The translations under genes were made by a program, and so were the position numbers. A stretch of DNA of 64,000 nt, taken from Chthoniobacterales bacterium. Its GTDB lineage: Bacteria; Verrucomicrobiota; Verrucomicrobiia; Chthoniobacterales; Chthoniobacteraceae. The notes under the pieces were generated by a model that did no database searches, was not told the origin of the DNA, and was given only the letters and a program-made list of their open reading frames with translations. Of the stretch, positions 19,294-28,242 are shown one piece after another; position 1 is the stretch's first letter; every line of letters begins with the position of its first letter. The stretch covers positions 6,356-70,355 of the forward strand of contig JBBRYC010000013.1 in NCBI GenBank assembly GCA_038238025.1, written 5' to 3'.

Positions 19294-19892
19294 ACCGCGA
19301 CGGCATCCTCTTCCTGATCTCCGCGCCGTCCGGTGGTGGCAAGAGCACGCTGCTGAAGATGCTCTCGGACGAGCCGGATTTTGTGTATTCGATCTCCTGC
19401 ACGACCCGCGCGCCACGCCCCGGCGAACTCGACGGATGCGACTACCATTTTCTGAGCATCGCTGAATTTGAGCGGCGGATTGCAGCGGGTGAATTCATCG
19501 AGCACGCGCAGGTGCATGGAAATTTCTACGGCACGCTGCGGCAGACGATCCTCGACAGCATGGGCAGCGGGCGCGACGTGCTGATGGACGTGGACATCCA
19601 GGGCGCGGCAAAGATCCGCGCGGATGCCGATGCGCGGCTGCAATCCGCGCTGGTGGATATTTTCCTGATGCCGCCGAGCATGGATGAAGTGCGCCGCCGC
19701 CTGCTGAAACGCGGCACCGAGACGCCCGAGCAACTCGATGTGCGGCTTCGCAATGCGAAAACGGAGATGGCGGCGTGGCGCAACTACCGCTACGCAATCC
19801 TGAGCGGCACACCCATGCAGGACTTCGAAAATTTCCGGGCAATCATGCAGGCGGAGCGCATGCGCGCATCGCGGATGATGCTAACTTTTTAA
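19290..19892 (+). CDS. gmk: guanylate kinase
   Basis: P-loop LISAPSGGGKST and the motif YSISCTTRAPRPGELDGCDYHF. Its ATG overlaps the yicC stop (ATGA). Confidence 0.92.
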   Translation: MNRDGILFLISAPSGGGKSTLLKMLSDEPDFVYSISCTTRAPRPGELDGCDYHFLSIAEFERRIAAGEFIEHAQVHGNFYGTLRQTILDSMGSGRDVLMDVDIQGAAKIRADADARLQSALVDIFLMPPSMDEVRRRLLKRGTETPEQLDVRLRNAKTEMAAWRNYRYAILSGTPMQDFENFRAIMQAERMRASRMMLTF

Positions 19893-19898
19893 CACCAC

Positions 19899-20486
19899 AT
19901 GAGCGCGCCTGTCATCGTCCTCGGAGTCACCGGAAGCATCGCGGCATACAAGGCCGCGGACCTCGCGAGCCTGCTCGTGAAGGGCGGCGCGGAGGTGCAT
20001 GTGGTGATGACTCAGCACGCGTGCGGCTTCATCACGCCGCTGACGATGCAGACGCTCTCGCGGAATCCCGTCGTGACGGGCGCGGCGGACGCGCAGACGA
20101 ATTGGAAACCGGGGCACATTGACCTCGCGGATCGCGCGACGCTGCTGCTCATCGCGCCGGCGACTGCAAATGTGATCGCCGAACTCGCGCACGGACTCGC
20201 GGGGCATCCGCTCACGGAGATCGCGCTCGCCACGCAAGCGCCGCTGCTGATCGCGCCCGCGATGAATGGCAGGATGTGGCAGCACGCCGCGACGCAGGCG
20301 AATGTCGCGGTGCTGAAAAGCCGCGGCGCGGAATTCATCGGGCCGGATGCGGGCATCCTCGCGTGCGGCTACGAAGGGCTCGGAAGACTCGCAGTGGTCG
20401 CGGAAATCGCGGAGCGCGCGTTTGCGAAATGTGGAAAAGCGCAGGCGGATCAGCGCAAGAAAAGACTCCGTCAGAAAAAAAAGTAA
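19899..20486 (+). CDS. coaC: phosphopantothenoylcysteine decarboxylase flavoprotein (stand-alone CoaC domain)
   Basis: Motifs VIVLGVTGSIAAYKAADL, IAPATANVIAELAHG, PAMN..MW and GILACGYEGLGRL. It ends after 195 aa with no CoaB domain. Confidence 0.85.
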   Translation: MSAPVIVLGVTGSIAAYKAADLASLLVKGGAEVHVVMTQHACGFITPLTMQTLSRNPVVTGAADAQTNWKPGHIDLADRATLLLIAPATANVIAELAHGLAGHPLTEIALATQAPLLIAPAMNGRMWQHAATQANVAVLKSRGAEFIGPDAGILACGYEGLGRLAVVAEIAERAFAKCGKAQADQRKKRLRQKKK

Positions 20487-20825
20487 CGAAATTTTCCGCT
20501 GCATTCGCAGCGTGAAATGCGCGTTGATTTTGAAAAGCGCGCGCGGTGGCCGACAAGTCCGCATACCTCGAATTCTCATAGGTAAAACGGGCGCGGAAGT
20601 GTTCCACGATGCAAGGTGTTCCACCACATTTTTGCGCGCGCATTTTTCCGCGCTGGACGACGCGACCGCAAAATATTGTGTCAAACATGCAGGATTGTTG
20701 TTGACGCATCTATCCGTAGTGGATACTCCAAACACATCGAGCGTGATGATTTTCCGCACCTCCCATAAATTCCCCGAACAAATTTCTCAGTCCCGCCACT
20801 GCGGGCAGGAAGGGGGTGTCAAATA

Positions 20826-20900
20826 ATGGCCGCAAAGAAAAAAGCCGCAGCGAAGAAAGCTGCTCCTAAGAAGAAAGTCGCAGCGAAGAAGAAAAAGTAG
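20826..20900 (+). CDS. 24-codon Lys/Ala-rich micro-ORF (MAAKKKAAAKKAAPKKKVAAKKKK), histone-H1-tail-like
   Basis: ATG at 20826 with the purine-rich GGAAGGGGG about 8 nt upstream. Stop at 20898-20900. A textbook intrinsic terminator lies 25 nt downstream. A ~340-bp AT-richer leader region precedes it. Too short for the ORF track. Confidence 0.5.
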   Translation: MAAKKKAAAKKAAPKKKVAAKKKK

Positions 20901-20925
20901 GCTCACGCCTGCTCAACCTAACAAT

Positions 20926-20962
20926 GGGAGGCGAATCTAACGGTTCGCCTCTCATTTTTTTT
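20926..20962 (+). terminator. rho-independent terminator
   Basis: Stem GAGGCGAA / TTCGCCTC with an 8-nt loop, followed by TCATTTTTTTT. Confidence 0.8.
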
Positions 20963-20996
20963 CCGCCAAATGATCCGGACTCCGCAGACGGATTTG

Positions 20997-21212
20997 CCGC
21001 GAAAAGGCGCAGGAGGCGCAAAAAGTAGGCGAGGTTTGAGATGTAGCGACGACGACCCGTCGGCAGGCAGGATGGGCGGAGGCGGCGGGATGGAGCGGAG
21101 CGTAAACGCGGGCTTCCGCCCAAGCCTACGATCCCCACCACCTCGCGACGCTCGCCGGCACACGGATTGAAAATCCTCGCCTGCTTTTCGCGCCTTCTGC
21201 GCCTTTTCGCGG
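20997..21212. repeat. 216-bp palindromic-ended element, related to 25417..25568
   Basis: The left end CCGCGAAAAGGCGCAGGAGGCGCAAAAAGTAGGCGAGG is a near-perfect reverse complement of the right end CCTCGCCTGCTTTTCGCGCCTTCTGCGCCTTTTCGCGG. The core GGATGGGCGGAGGCGG is shared, inverted, with the 25.4-kb element. Confidence 0.85.
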
Positions 21213-21277
21213 CTGCTCATCGCGGATCGGCCTTGCCGCAAGCGCACGCATCCCGCATTCATGACCGCACTTTCCGA

Positions 21278-22039
21278 ATGACCGACATCTCCGCCGCCCT
21301 CGAAACCGCCATCCAGTCCGCACGCGAAGCTGGCGCGCTTCTCACCAAGGAATTTGGCCGCCCGCCGGAGGTCAACGAAATGCACGCGCACGACATCAAG
21401 CTCGTGCTCGACGTAGAGACGCAGGACTTGATCACGAAACGGCTGCTCGGGCGTTTCCCGGATCACGCGATCTACGGCGAGGAAGGTCTCGCGGGCGACC
21501 AATCGAGCGAGTGGCAGTGGATCGTGGACCCGATTGACGGCACGGTGAATTATTTCTACGGCCTGCCGCATTACTGCATCAGCATCGCGCTGCGGCGGGC
21601 CGGCGAAATGCAGCTTGGCGTGATCTACGATCCATCGCGCGACGAAATGTGGGAGACGGTGAAAGGCGGCGCATCGCTGCTGAATGGCAGGCCCATCCGC
21701 GTGAGCGATCGCACGGAACTCGCGGACTCGGTGGTGAGCATCGGCTTTGCAAAATCCAAGGCCACGATTAACGCCGGCCTCCAGCTCCTCCCGAAATACG
21801 TCGAGCGCGTCCGAAAGTGCCGCATGATGGGCAGCGCAGCGCTCGACCTCGCATACGTCGCCACCGGACGGCTCGACGCCTACATCGAGCAGAGCGTGAG
21901 CCTCTGGGATGTCGCCGCCGGGATGCTGCTCGTGGAAAATGCGGGCGGCCGTTTTGAAATGACCACGCGCACCGACAACCCCGACAAAATTTCCGTCCGC
22001 GCGTGGAACGGAAAAGTCCAGCTTCTCCCCCACGAATGA
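21278..22039 (+). CDS. inositol monophosphatase family protein (SuhB-like)
   Basis: Internal ATG (M38 of track ORF 21167..22039). Motifs IYGEEG and WIVDPIDGTVNYFYG. IMPase-typical length. Confidence 0.88.
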   Translation: MTDISAALETAIQSAREAGALLTKEFGRPPEVNEMHAHDIKLVLDVETQDLITKRLLGRFPDHAIYGEEGLAGDQSSEWQWIVDPIDGTVNYFYGLPHYCISIALRRAGEMQLGVIYDPSRDEMWETVKGGASLLNGRPIRVSDRTELADSVVSIGFAKSKATINAGLQLLPKYVERVRKCRMMGSAALDLAYVATGRLDAYIEQSVSLWDVAAGMLLVENAGGRFEMTTRTDNPDKISVRAWNGKVQLLPHE

Positions 22040-22515
22040 ATCTCGTCGGAACCGGCTACGACGTCCACCGCTTCGCCGAGGGGCGCAGACTGATCCTCGG
22101 CGGCGTCGAGATCGCGCACACGCACGGGCTCGACGGCCACAGCGATGCTGACGTGCTCTGCCATGCGATTGCCGATGCAATCCTCGGCGCGATCGGCGAG
22201 CGCGACATCGGCCATCATTTTCCAAACAACGATCCGGCGATCCGCGGCATCAGCTCGCTCGAAATCGTCCGCAAAGCCGCAAGCCTCGTGACCGCCGCGG
22301 GCGGAAAGCTGATCAACATTGACTCGTGCCTCATCGCCGAGGAACCGAAGATCGGCCCGCACATTTCCGCGATGAAGGCCAACCTCGCACGCGTCCTCGC
22401 ACTCGATGAACAGCGCGTCGGCATCAAGGCCACGACGAACGAGCGCATGGGCTTCCTCGGACGCGGCGAAGGAATGGCCGCGACCGCCGTCGCCAGCGTC
22501 GAGATGCCCGGCTGA
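22036..22515 (+). CDS. ispF: 2-C-methyl-D-erythritol 2,4-cyclodiphosphate synthase
   Basis: Motifs GTGYDVHRF, GHSDADVLCHAIADAILGA and DIGHHFP. Its ATG overlaps the preceding stop (ATGA). Confidence 0.92.
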   Translation: MNLVGTGYDVHRFAEGRRLILGGVEIAHTHGLDGHSDADVLCHAIADAILGAIGERDIGHHFPNNDPAIRGISSLEIVRKAASLVTAAGGKLINIDSCLIAEEPKIGPHISAMKANLARVLALDEQRVGIKATTNERMGFLGRGEGMAATAVASVEMPG

Positions 22516-22526
22516 CACCTCGCACG

Positions 22527-23435
22527 GTGAGCACGCGAGCCTCGCTGTTCGACTCCGCCTTCCTGGCGAAACTGGAGCAGCTTCACCTGCTCGCGCGGCG
22601 GATGTTTCGCGGCGAGAGGCGAGCGGAGCGCAAGACGCGGCAGATCGGTGCGAGCCTCGAATTTGCCGACTATCGCGAATACACGCCCGGCGACGAACTG
22701 CGCAGCATTGACTGGCACGCTTACGGCCGGCTGGAGCGCCTCTTCGTGAAGCTCTACGAGCACGAGCAGGATCTGCCCGTGACCTTCCTCGTGGATTGCA
22801 GCGCGAGCATGCGGTGGCTGCCCGAGGAAAAGCCGGGCGCGCTCAGCAAATTCGATCACACGCGCCGGCTCTGCGCCGCACTCGCATACATCGCGCTCGC
22901 GAATCTCGATCGCGTGAACATCCATTTCTTCGCCGCAAATCCCGTCGCGGAACTCGGTGTCGCGCGCGGAAAGGCGGAGTTCCATTCCGTGCTGAAATTC
23001 CTCGACGCGCCGCCGGATCCCGACGGTCCGACGCGCCTGATGCACAGCGTGCAGGCCCTCGCGCAGCGCTCGCGGCGGCGAGGACTTGTCTTCGTGCTCA
23101 GCGACTTCTTCGATCCGCGCGGATACGAGGAGCCACTCGGCCTGCTGCTGCACAGCCAATTTGAAGTCCACGTCATCCAGGTGCTCGCGCCCGAGGAACT
23201 CGCGCCGACGGCCATCGGCGATCTCAGTCTGCGCGAAATCGAAATCGGCACCGCAATGGACATCACTGCGAACGAAAACCTTCTGCGCCGCTATCGCGAC
23301 GAGATCACGAAATTCAACGATGCGCTCGAATCGTTCTGCCTGCGGCGCGGCATCGCCAGCGCGCGCGTGACGACGGACACGCCGTTCGAGGACACCGTGC
23401 TGCGCGCACTGCGCGATGGAGTGATGATCCGATGA
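22527..23435 (+). CDS. DUF58 domain protein (MoxR/VWA-system component)
   Basis: GTG start. Motif LEFADYREYTPGDELRSIDWHAYGRLERLFVKLYEHEQD. Confidence 0.88.
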   Translation: MSTRASLFDSAFLAKLEQLHLLARRMFRGERRAERKTRQIGASLEFADYREYTPGDELRSIDWHAYGRLERLFVKLYEHEQDLPVTFLVDCSASMRWLPEEKPGALSKFDHTRRLCAALAYIALANLDRVNIHFFAANPVAELGVARGKAEFHSVLKFLDAPPDPDGPTRLMHSVQALAQRSRRRGLVFVLSDFFDPRGYEEPLGLLLHSQFEVHVIQVLAPEELAPTAIGDLSLREIEIGTAMDITANENLLRRYRDEITKFNDALESFCLRRGIASARVTTDTPFEDTVLRALRDGVMIR

Positions 23436-25366
23436 CGTGGCTCCAGCCATGGGCAGCGTGGGCTTTCGCCGGAGTGCCGGTCATCGTGCTGCTGTATTTT
23501 CTCCGGCTGAAACGGCGCACGCTCCCAGTTTCCACGCTCATGTTCTGGCAGCGCGTGCAGAAGGAAAGCGGACGCAGCGCGTTCTTCAGAAAGTTCCGCC
23601 ACCTCCTCTCGCTGCTGCTGCACCTTCTCATCTTCCTGCTGCTGCTCGCCGCACTCGCGCGGCCCGTCTTCGAGCGCGGCATCCGCGAAGGCTCCGCGAC
23701 GGTGCTGATCCTCGACACGCGCGCACGCATGCAAGCCGTCGAGACCGACGGACACTCACGATTCGAAAATGCGTTGCGGCTTGCACGCGACTACGCACGG
23801 CAAGCTGGCGGCGGAAGAAACATCGCCCTGCTCACGCTCGGTGAAGCGCCGACGGTGGCGGTGCCGTTCACGGACGATGAAAAGCTGCTGCTCGACGCGC
23901 TCGCGCGGATCTCGCCGACGGACGCGAGCGGCGAAATTTCCACCGCGGTCTCGCTCGCCGACTCGCTGCTCGCTGCGCGCAAAGGAAACCACCGCATCGT
24001 GCTCCTCACCTCCGGTGCAAACGGCACGCTTCCGAAAACTGCGGGCGAACTGATCACACACACGCCCGGCACGCCGCGCGACAATGTCGCGATCACGCGC
24101 TTCGCGACGCGCGCGCTGCCGGCAAATCCCGAGACCAGCGAGGTGCTCCTCGAAACGCAGAACTTCGGACGCACGCCCGTCCGCGCCGAGGTGGAACTCG
24201 CATTCGACGGACGCACACTCGAAGTGAAACCGCTCTCACTCGCGCCCGGCGAACGGCGGCTCGACATCTTCACGTCGGTCCCCCGCCCCGTGCGTGGCGC
24301 GCGCGGCTGGCTCACGGCGAAGCTCTCCGCAGCCGACGCACTCGCGCTCGACAACATCGCGTACGCCACGCTGCCGCCGACACGATTGAACCGGGTGCTT
24401 CTCGTGTCGAAAGGAAACATCTTCCTCGAAAAACTGCTCGGCGTGGACAGTTCGCTGAAGTTCCAGTTCGTCGCGCCCGACTCCTACCAGCCGGGCATGA
24501 GTGAAAAATTCGAGGCGGTGGTTTTCGACGGAGCCGTTCCGCCGTCGTTTGTTCTCAACACGACGCGTGGCAATTTTCTTTTCCTCGAGGCGACACCATT
24601 TGCGACGAAGGATGCGCAGCTCGAACAGCCTGTCATCACCGATGTGGACGCGACGCATCCGACGACGCGACTCGCGAGCCTGCAGAACATCGCAATCCTC
24701 CGCGCACAGCCGCTCGCCCTGCCTGCGCCGCACGACGGCTGGACTTTTTCCGCACCGCTGCGTTCCGCCGGGCATCCGCTGCTCATCACCGGCGAACGCG
24801 GACGCCAGCGCATCGCCGCGCTCGCATTCGATGTCCTCGATTCCGACCTCCCGCTGCGCGTCGCGTTTCCCCTGCTCATCCACGGCACGCTCGACTGGCT
24901 CTCCGGCGGGCGAGCGGAATCCGCACCGTCGCTCGCCGCTGGCGAAGTGCTCGCGCTGCCGACTGGAAAACGCATCGCGCAGACACCGCACACCATCCCG
25001 GCCGCAGCGACTTCATCAGCCGGATCACCCGTGATCCGCGATGCGGTGCGGGGTGATGCGAGGCAGGAGCCGGGCGTCACAGGATTTTTTCAACCGCTGA
25101 AAAACGGCTTCTACGAGATCACCGATGCCGACGCGAAACGCTGGCTCGCGGTGAACACATTCAGCACGGCGGAATCCGATCTGCGCCGCGACGGGAAAAA
25201 CGCCACGGATGAAAAAGTGAATTCGCCCGCAGCGATTCCTGTCCCCGCATTGCACTCATCGCTGTCCGCGCTGCGCGGCTTTCCGCCGTGGCAGTGGCTC
25301 GCGCTCGCAGCCTTCGCGCTGCTCACCGTCGAGTGGATGCTCTTTCACCGGAGAAAAACGGAATGA
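23432..25366 (+). CDS. BatA-N-terminal-domain membrane protein
   Basis: N-terminus MTWLQPWAAWAFAGVPVIVLLYFLRLKRRTLPVSTLMFW (aerotolerance-regulator N-terminal domain). C-terminal transmembrane helix. 4-nt overlap with the DUF58 gene. Confidence 0.8.
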   Translation: MTWLQPWAAWAFAGVPVIVLLYFLRLKRRTLPVSTLMFWQRVQKESGRSAFFRKFRHLLSLLLHLLIFLLLLAALARPVFERGIREGSATVLILDTRARMQAVETDGHSRFENALRLARDYARQAGGGRNIALLTLGEAPTVAVPFTDDEKLLLDALARISPTDASGEISTAVSLADSLLAARKGNHRIVLLTSGANGTLPKTAGELITHTPGTPRDNVAITRFATRALPANPETSEVLLETQNFGRTPVRAEVELAFDGRTLEVKPLSLAPGERRLDIFTSVPRPVRGARGWLTAKLSAADALALDNIAYATLPPTRLNRVLLVSKGNIFLEKLLGVDSSLKFQFVAPDSYQPGMSEKFEAVVFDGAVPPSFVLNTTRGNFLFLEATPFATKDAQLEQPVITDVDATHPTTRLASLQNIAILRAQPLALPAPHDGWTFSAPLRSAGHPLLITGERGRQRIAALAFDVLDSDLPLRVAFPLLIHGTLDWLSGGRAESAPSLAAGEVLALPTGKRIAQTPHTIPAAATSSAGSPVIRDAVRGDARQEPGVTGFFQPLKNGFYEITDADAKRWLAVNTFSTAESDLRRDGKNATDEKVNSPAAIPVPALHSSLSALRGFPPWQWLALAAFALLTVEWMLFHRRKTE

Positions 25367-25416
25367 CACCATCTTCCAAAGCAAACCGCGGAGTCACGCG
25401 AGGGCGCGCACAAAGC

Positions 25417-25568
25417 AGGCGAGATTTCCAATCTCGCGCGGGCGAGCGCAGCGAGGTGGATGGGAAACCGTGCGAAACTCGGGAGACATTCAAATTTCGG
25501 AAAGCATTTGCTCCGCGCCTTCCCGCCGCCTCCGCCCATCCTCCCGCGCGAGATTGGAAATCTCGCCT
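25417..25568. repeat. 152-bp element with perfect 26-bp terminal inverted repeats
   Basis: AGGCGAGATTTCCAATCTCGCGCGGG at the left end and CCCGCGCGAGATTGGAAATCTCGCCT at the right end. The internal CCGCCTCCGCCCATCC core is shared with 20997..21212. Confidence 0.88.
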
Positions 25569-25616
25569 ACATTCGCCCGCCGCAATCAGACTGCCTGGTG
25601 AATCCCGAAAGATGGT

Positions 25617-28220
25617 ATGATTCGATCTTTCGAGTGCGCCCATCCGTGGTTCCTCGCGCTGCTCGCGGCGCTCGTGCTGCTGCCGCTGATGTTGCGCGGA
25701 TCACTTGCGGGATTCGGTCGCGCGCAGCGCATGACATGCTCGCTGATCCGCGCGCTGCTGCTCGCGCTGATCGTCCTCGCGCTGGCGGGGGTGCGGGCGT
25801 TGCTGCCGTCGTCGGATATTGGCGTGATCTTCGCGGTGGATGCGTCGGCGAGCGTTTCGCCGGAGGCGGCAAGAGCGGCTCGGGAATTTGTCGTGAGTGC
25901 GCTGCGCTCGCAGCATGCGGGCGACACTGCTGGTGTCGTCGGCTTTGCCCGGACGGCGCAGGTGTGGCAGTCGCCGCAGGAATCGCTCGCGCCCGGCGAG
26001 TGGCCTGCGCTCGCGGATGCGAAGGCGACGGACATCGGGCATGCGCTGAATTTTTCGAGTGCGCTGTTTCCGGGCGATCAGTCGCGGCGCGTGGTGCTGC
26101 TTTCGGATGGAAATGACACGAGCGGCCATGCGCTCGAAGCGGCCACCCGGCTTGCCCGCTCGGGTGTCGAGGTATGGACGGTGCCTCTGCGGAATGCCGA
26201 GAAGCCGGAGGTGCTCGTCGAGCGTGTTGAAGTTCCGGCGCGGCTGAAGGAGGGCGAGGCGTTTGATCTCACGGCAAACATCCGCAGCAGTGTCGCGACG
26301 ACGGCGAAGGTGCGCGTGTATCAGAGCCAGTTTCTCGTCGCGGAGCGGGAGATGGCGGTGAAGCCGGGCGACAATTCTTTCCGCGAGGCGGGGCTGCATC
26401 CCGAGGGGAACTTCGTGCAATACGATGTGGAGATCGTTCCTGCGGCGGACACGCTGATCGAAAACAACCGTGCTTCGGCAGTCGCAAGTTTGCGGGGGCA
26501 GCCGCGTGTGCTGCTCGTGGATGGCGATGAGCAGAAGGCGCGTCCGCTTGCGAATGCGCTGCGGGATGCGCGCATCGCGGTGGAGTTGCGCGGGGCTGCG
26601 GGCGTGCCGCGCACTTTGGAGGACTTGCAGCAGTTTGATCTTTTCATGCTCAGCGACATCGGTGCGCTCTCGCTCGGGCGCGAGCAGATGGAACTGTATC
26701 GCCGCTGGGTGCAGGATTTCGGCGGCGGCTTCGTGTTGCTCGGGGGGGAGAACAGCTTCGGTGTCGGCGGATATTTCCGCACGCCGATCGAGCAGATGCT
26801 TCCGGTACGCATGGAGCACAATGACCGCGAGGAATTGCCGACGGTCGCGCTGATGATCGTGCTCGATCGCTCCGGCTCGATGACGGCGCAGGCGGGCGGG
26901 CAGACGAAAATCTCGCTCGCGGATCAGGGCGCCGCGATGGCGCTCGGGGTGCTGAGTCCGCGCGACTATTTCGGCGTGCTCGCGGTGGACACGCGCGCGC
27001 ATGTCGTCGCGCCGCTGGAGCGGCATGGGGCGAAGGAGCCGATCGTGCAGCGCATCCTGGCGATCACGGCGGGCGGCGGCGGCATCTACATTTACACGGG
27101 GCTCGCGGAGGCGTTTCAGGCGATGCGCGAAGTGAATGCGCGCATCAAGCACGTCATCCTTTTTTCCGATGCGGCGGACGCGGAAGAAAAGGTCGCGGGC
27201 GAACAGCCGGATGGCGCGCAGGGCAGCGGCAATTCGCTCGATCTCGCGAGTGCGATGGCGGCGGCGAAGATCACGACATCCGTGGTCGGGCTCGGCAGCG
27301 AGCAGGACAAGGATGTGCCGTTTCTCCGGCAGCTCGCGGAGCGCGGGCAGGGGCGATTTTACCTCACGAATGATGCGACGACGCTGCCGCAGATTTTTTC
27401 CACGGAGACGATGAAGGTCGCGCAATCCTCGATCGTCGAGGAGCCGACGCTGGCGGTGCCGGTCGCGAAGTCGGCGATCACCGCGGGCATTGACTGGGCG
27501 CAGTCGCCGCTGCTGCTCGGCTACAATGCGACGAAGCCGAAGCCGACGGCGGAGGTCCTGCTCGCGACCGAGCGCGGCGAGCCGCTGCTCGCGACTTGGC
27601 GATACGGGCTGGGGCAGACGGCTGCATTTACGAGCGATGCGAAGGCGCGCTGGGCCGCGGAGTGGATGACGTGGCCGGGCTATGCGAAATTCTGGGTGCA
27701 GACTGTGCGAGGGCTGCTGCGCAAGGGCGGGACGGCGGCGTTTGAGATCACGCGCAGCGAGACGGGCGACGCGCTGGATATCCGCGTGGATGCGGTGACG
27801 CCCGAGGGCGCATTTCGCAACCGGCTGCCGATCACGATCCACGCGCGCACGCCGGATGACAGCACTCAGACTGTCACCGCCGTGCAGGACGCACCCGGCA
27901 GTTATCGCGCGCGCATCGCGCTGCCGCAGGAAGGCGCGACGATCGTGAACGTGTCGTCGCCGGAGTTGCCGGACGGTGGCATGGCGTTCGCACACACACG
28001 CAGCTATCCGCGGGAATTTCTTGCGAGCGGGACGAATGAAACGCTGCTCCGTGAAATCGCGGCGGCGGGACACGGGAGGTTTGATCCGCAGCCGTCGGAG
28101 GTTTTTGCGCGGGGCGGGCAGGCGGCGCAGCGACGGCGGGATCTCACGAATTGGTTTCTGATCGCGGCGCTGGCGCTGCTGCCGGTGGATATTTTTCTGC
28201 GGCGCAGGACTTGGCGGTGA
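25617..28220 (+). CDS. membrane-anchored protein with two von Willebrand factor A domains (BatB-like)
   Basis: BatA-like N-terminus (HPWFLALLAALVLLPLML). MIDAS-type motifs IFAVDASASVS and MIVLDRSGSM. C-terminal transmembrane helix. Confidence 0.85.
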   Translation: MIRSFECAHPWFLALLAALVLLPLMLRGSLAGFGRAQRMTCSLIRALLLALIVLALAGVRALLPSSDIGVIFAVDASASVSPEAARAAREFVVSALRSQHAGDTAGVVGFARTAQVWQSPQESLAPGEWPALADAKATDIGHALNFSSALFPGDQSRRVVLLSDGNDTSGHALEAATRLARSGVEVWTVPLRNAEKPEVLVERVEVPARLKEGEAFDLTANIRSSVATTAKVRVYQSQFLVAEREMAVKPGDNSFREAGLHPEGNFVQYDVEIVPAADTLIENNRASAVASLRGQPRVLLVDGDEQKARPLANALRDARIAVELRGAAGVPRTLEDLQQFDLFMLSDIGALSLGREQMELYRRWVQDFGGGFVLLGGENSFGVGGYFRTPIEQMLPVRMEHNDREELPTVALMIVLDRSGSMTAQAGGQTKISLADQGAAMALGVLSPRDYFGVLAVDTRAHVVAPLERHGAKEPIVQRILAITAGGGGIYIYTGLAEAFQAMREVNARIKHVILFSDAADAEEKVAGEQPDGAQGSGNSLDLASAMAAAKITTSVVGLGSEQDKDVPFLRQLAERGQGRFYLTNDATTLPQIFSTETMKVAQSSIVEEPTLAVPVAKSAITAGIDWAQSPLLLGYNATKPKPTAEVLLATERGEPLLATWRYGLGQTAAFTSDAKARWAAEWMTWPGYAKFWVQTVRGLLRKGGTAAFEITRSETGDALDIRVDAVTPEGAFRNRLPITIHARTPDDSTQTVTAVQDAPGSYRARIALPQEGATIVNVSSPELPDGGMAFAHTRSYPREFLASGTNETLLREIAAAGHGRFDPQPSEVFARGGQAAQRRRDLTNWFLIAALALLPVDIFLRRRTWR

Positions 28221-28242
28221 AACGCCGTGGCTGATCATTTTC

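Noticed and set aside
20487-20825. Remnant CoaB domain or hidden rpoZ in the AT-richer spacer after coaC.
   Set aside because: None of the three forward frames shows CoaB (ITAGPT/SSG) or omega-subunit-like sequence, and all frames are stop-interrupted or low complexity.
20826-21277. Lysine-codon leader peptide with a transcription attenuator controlling downstream genes.
   Set aside because: No alternative antiterminator pairing overlapping the terminator stem is evident. A 216-bp repeat element separates the terminator from the next gene. The downstream genes (IMPase-like, ispF) are unrelated to lysine metabolism.
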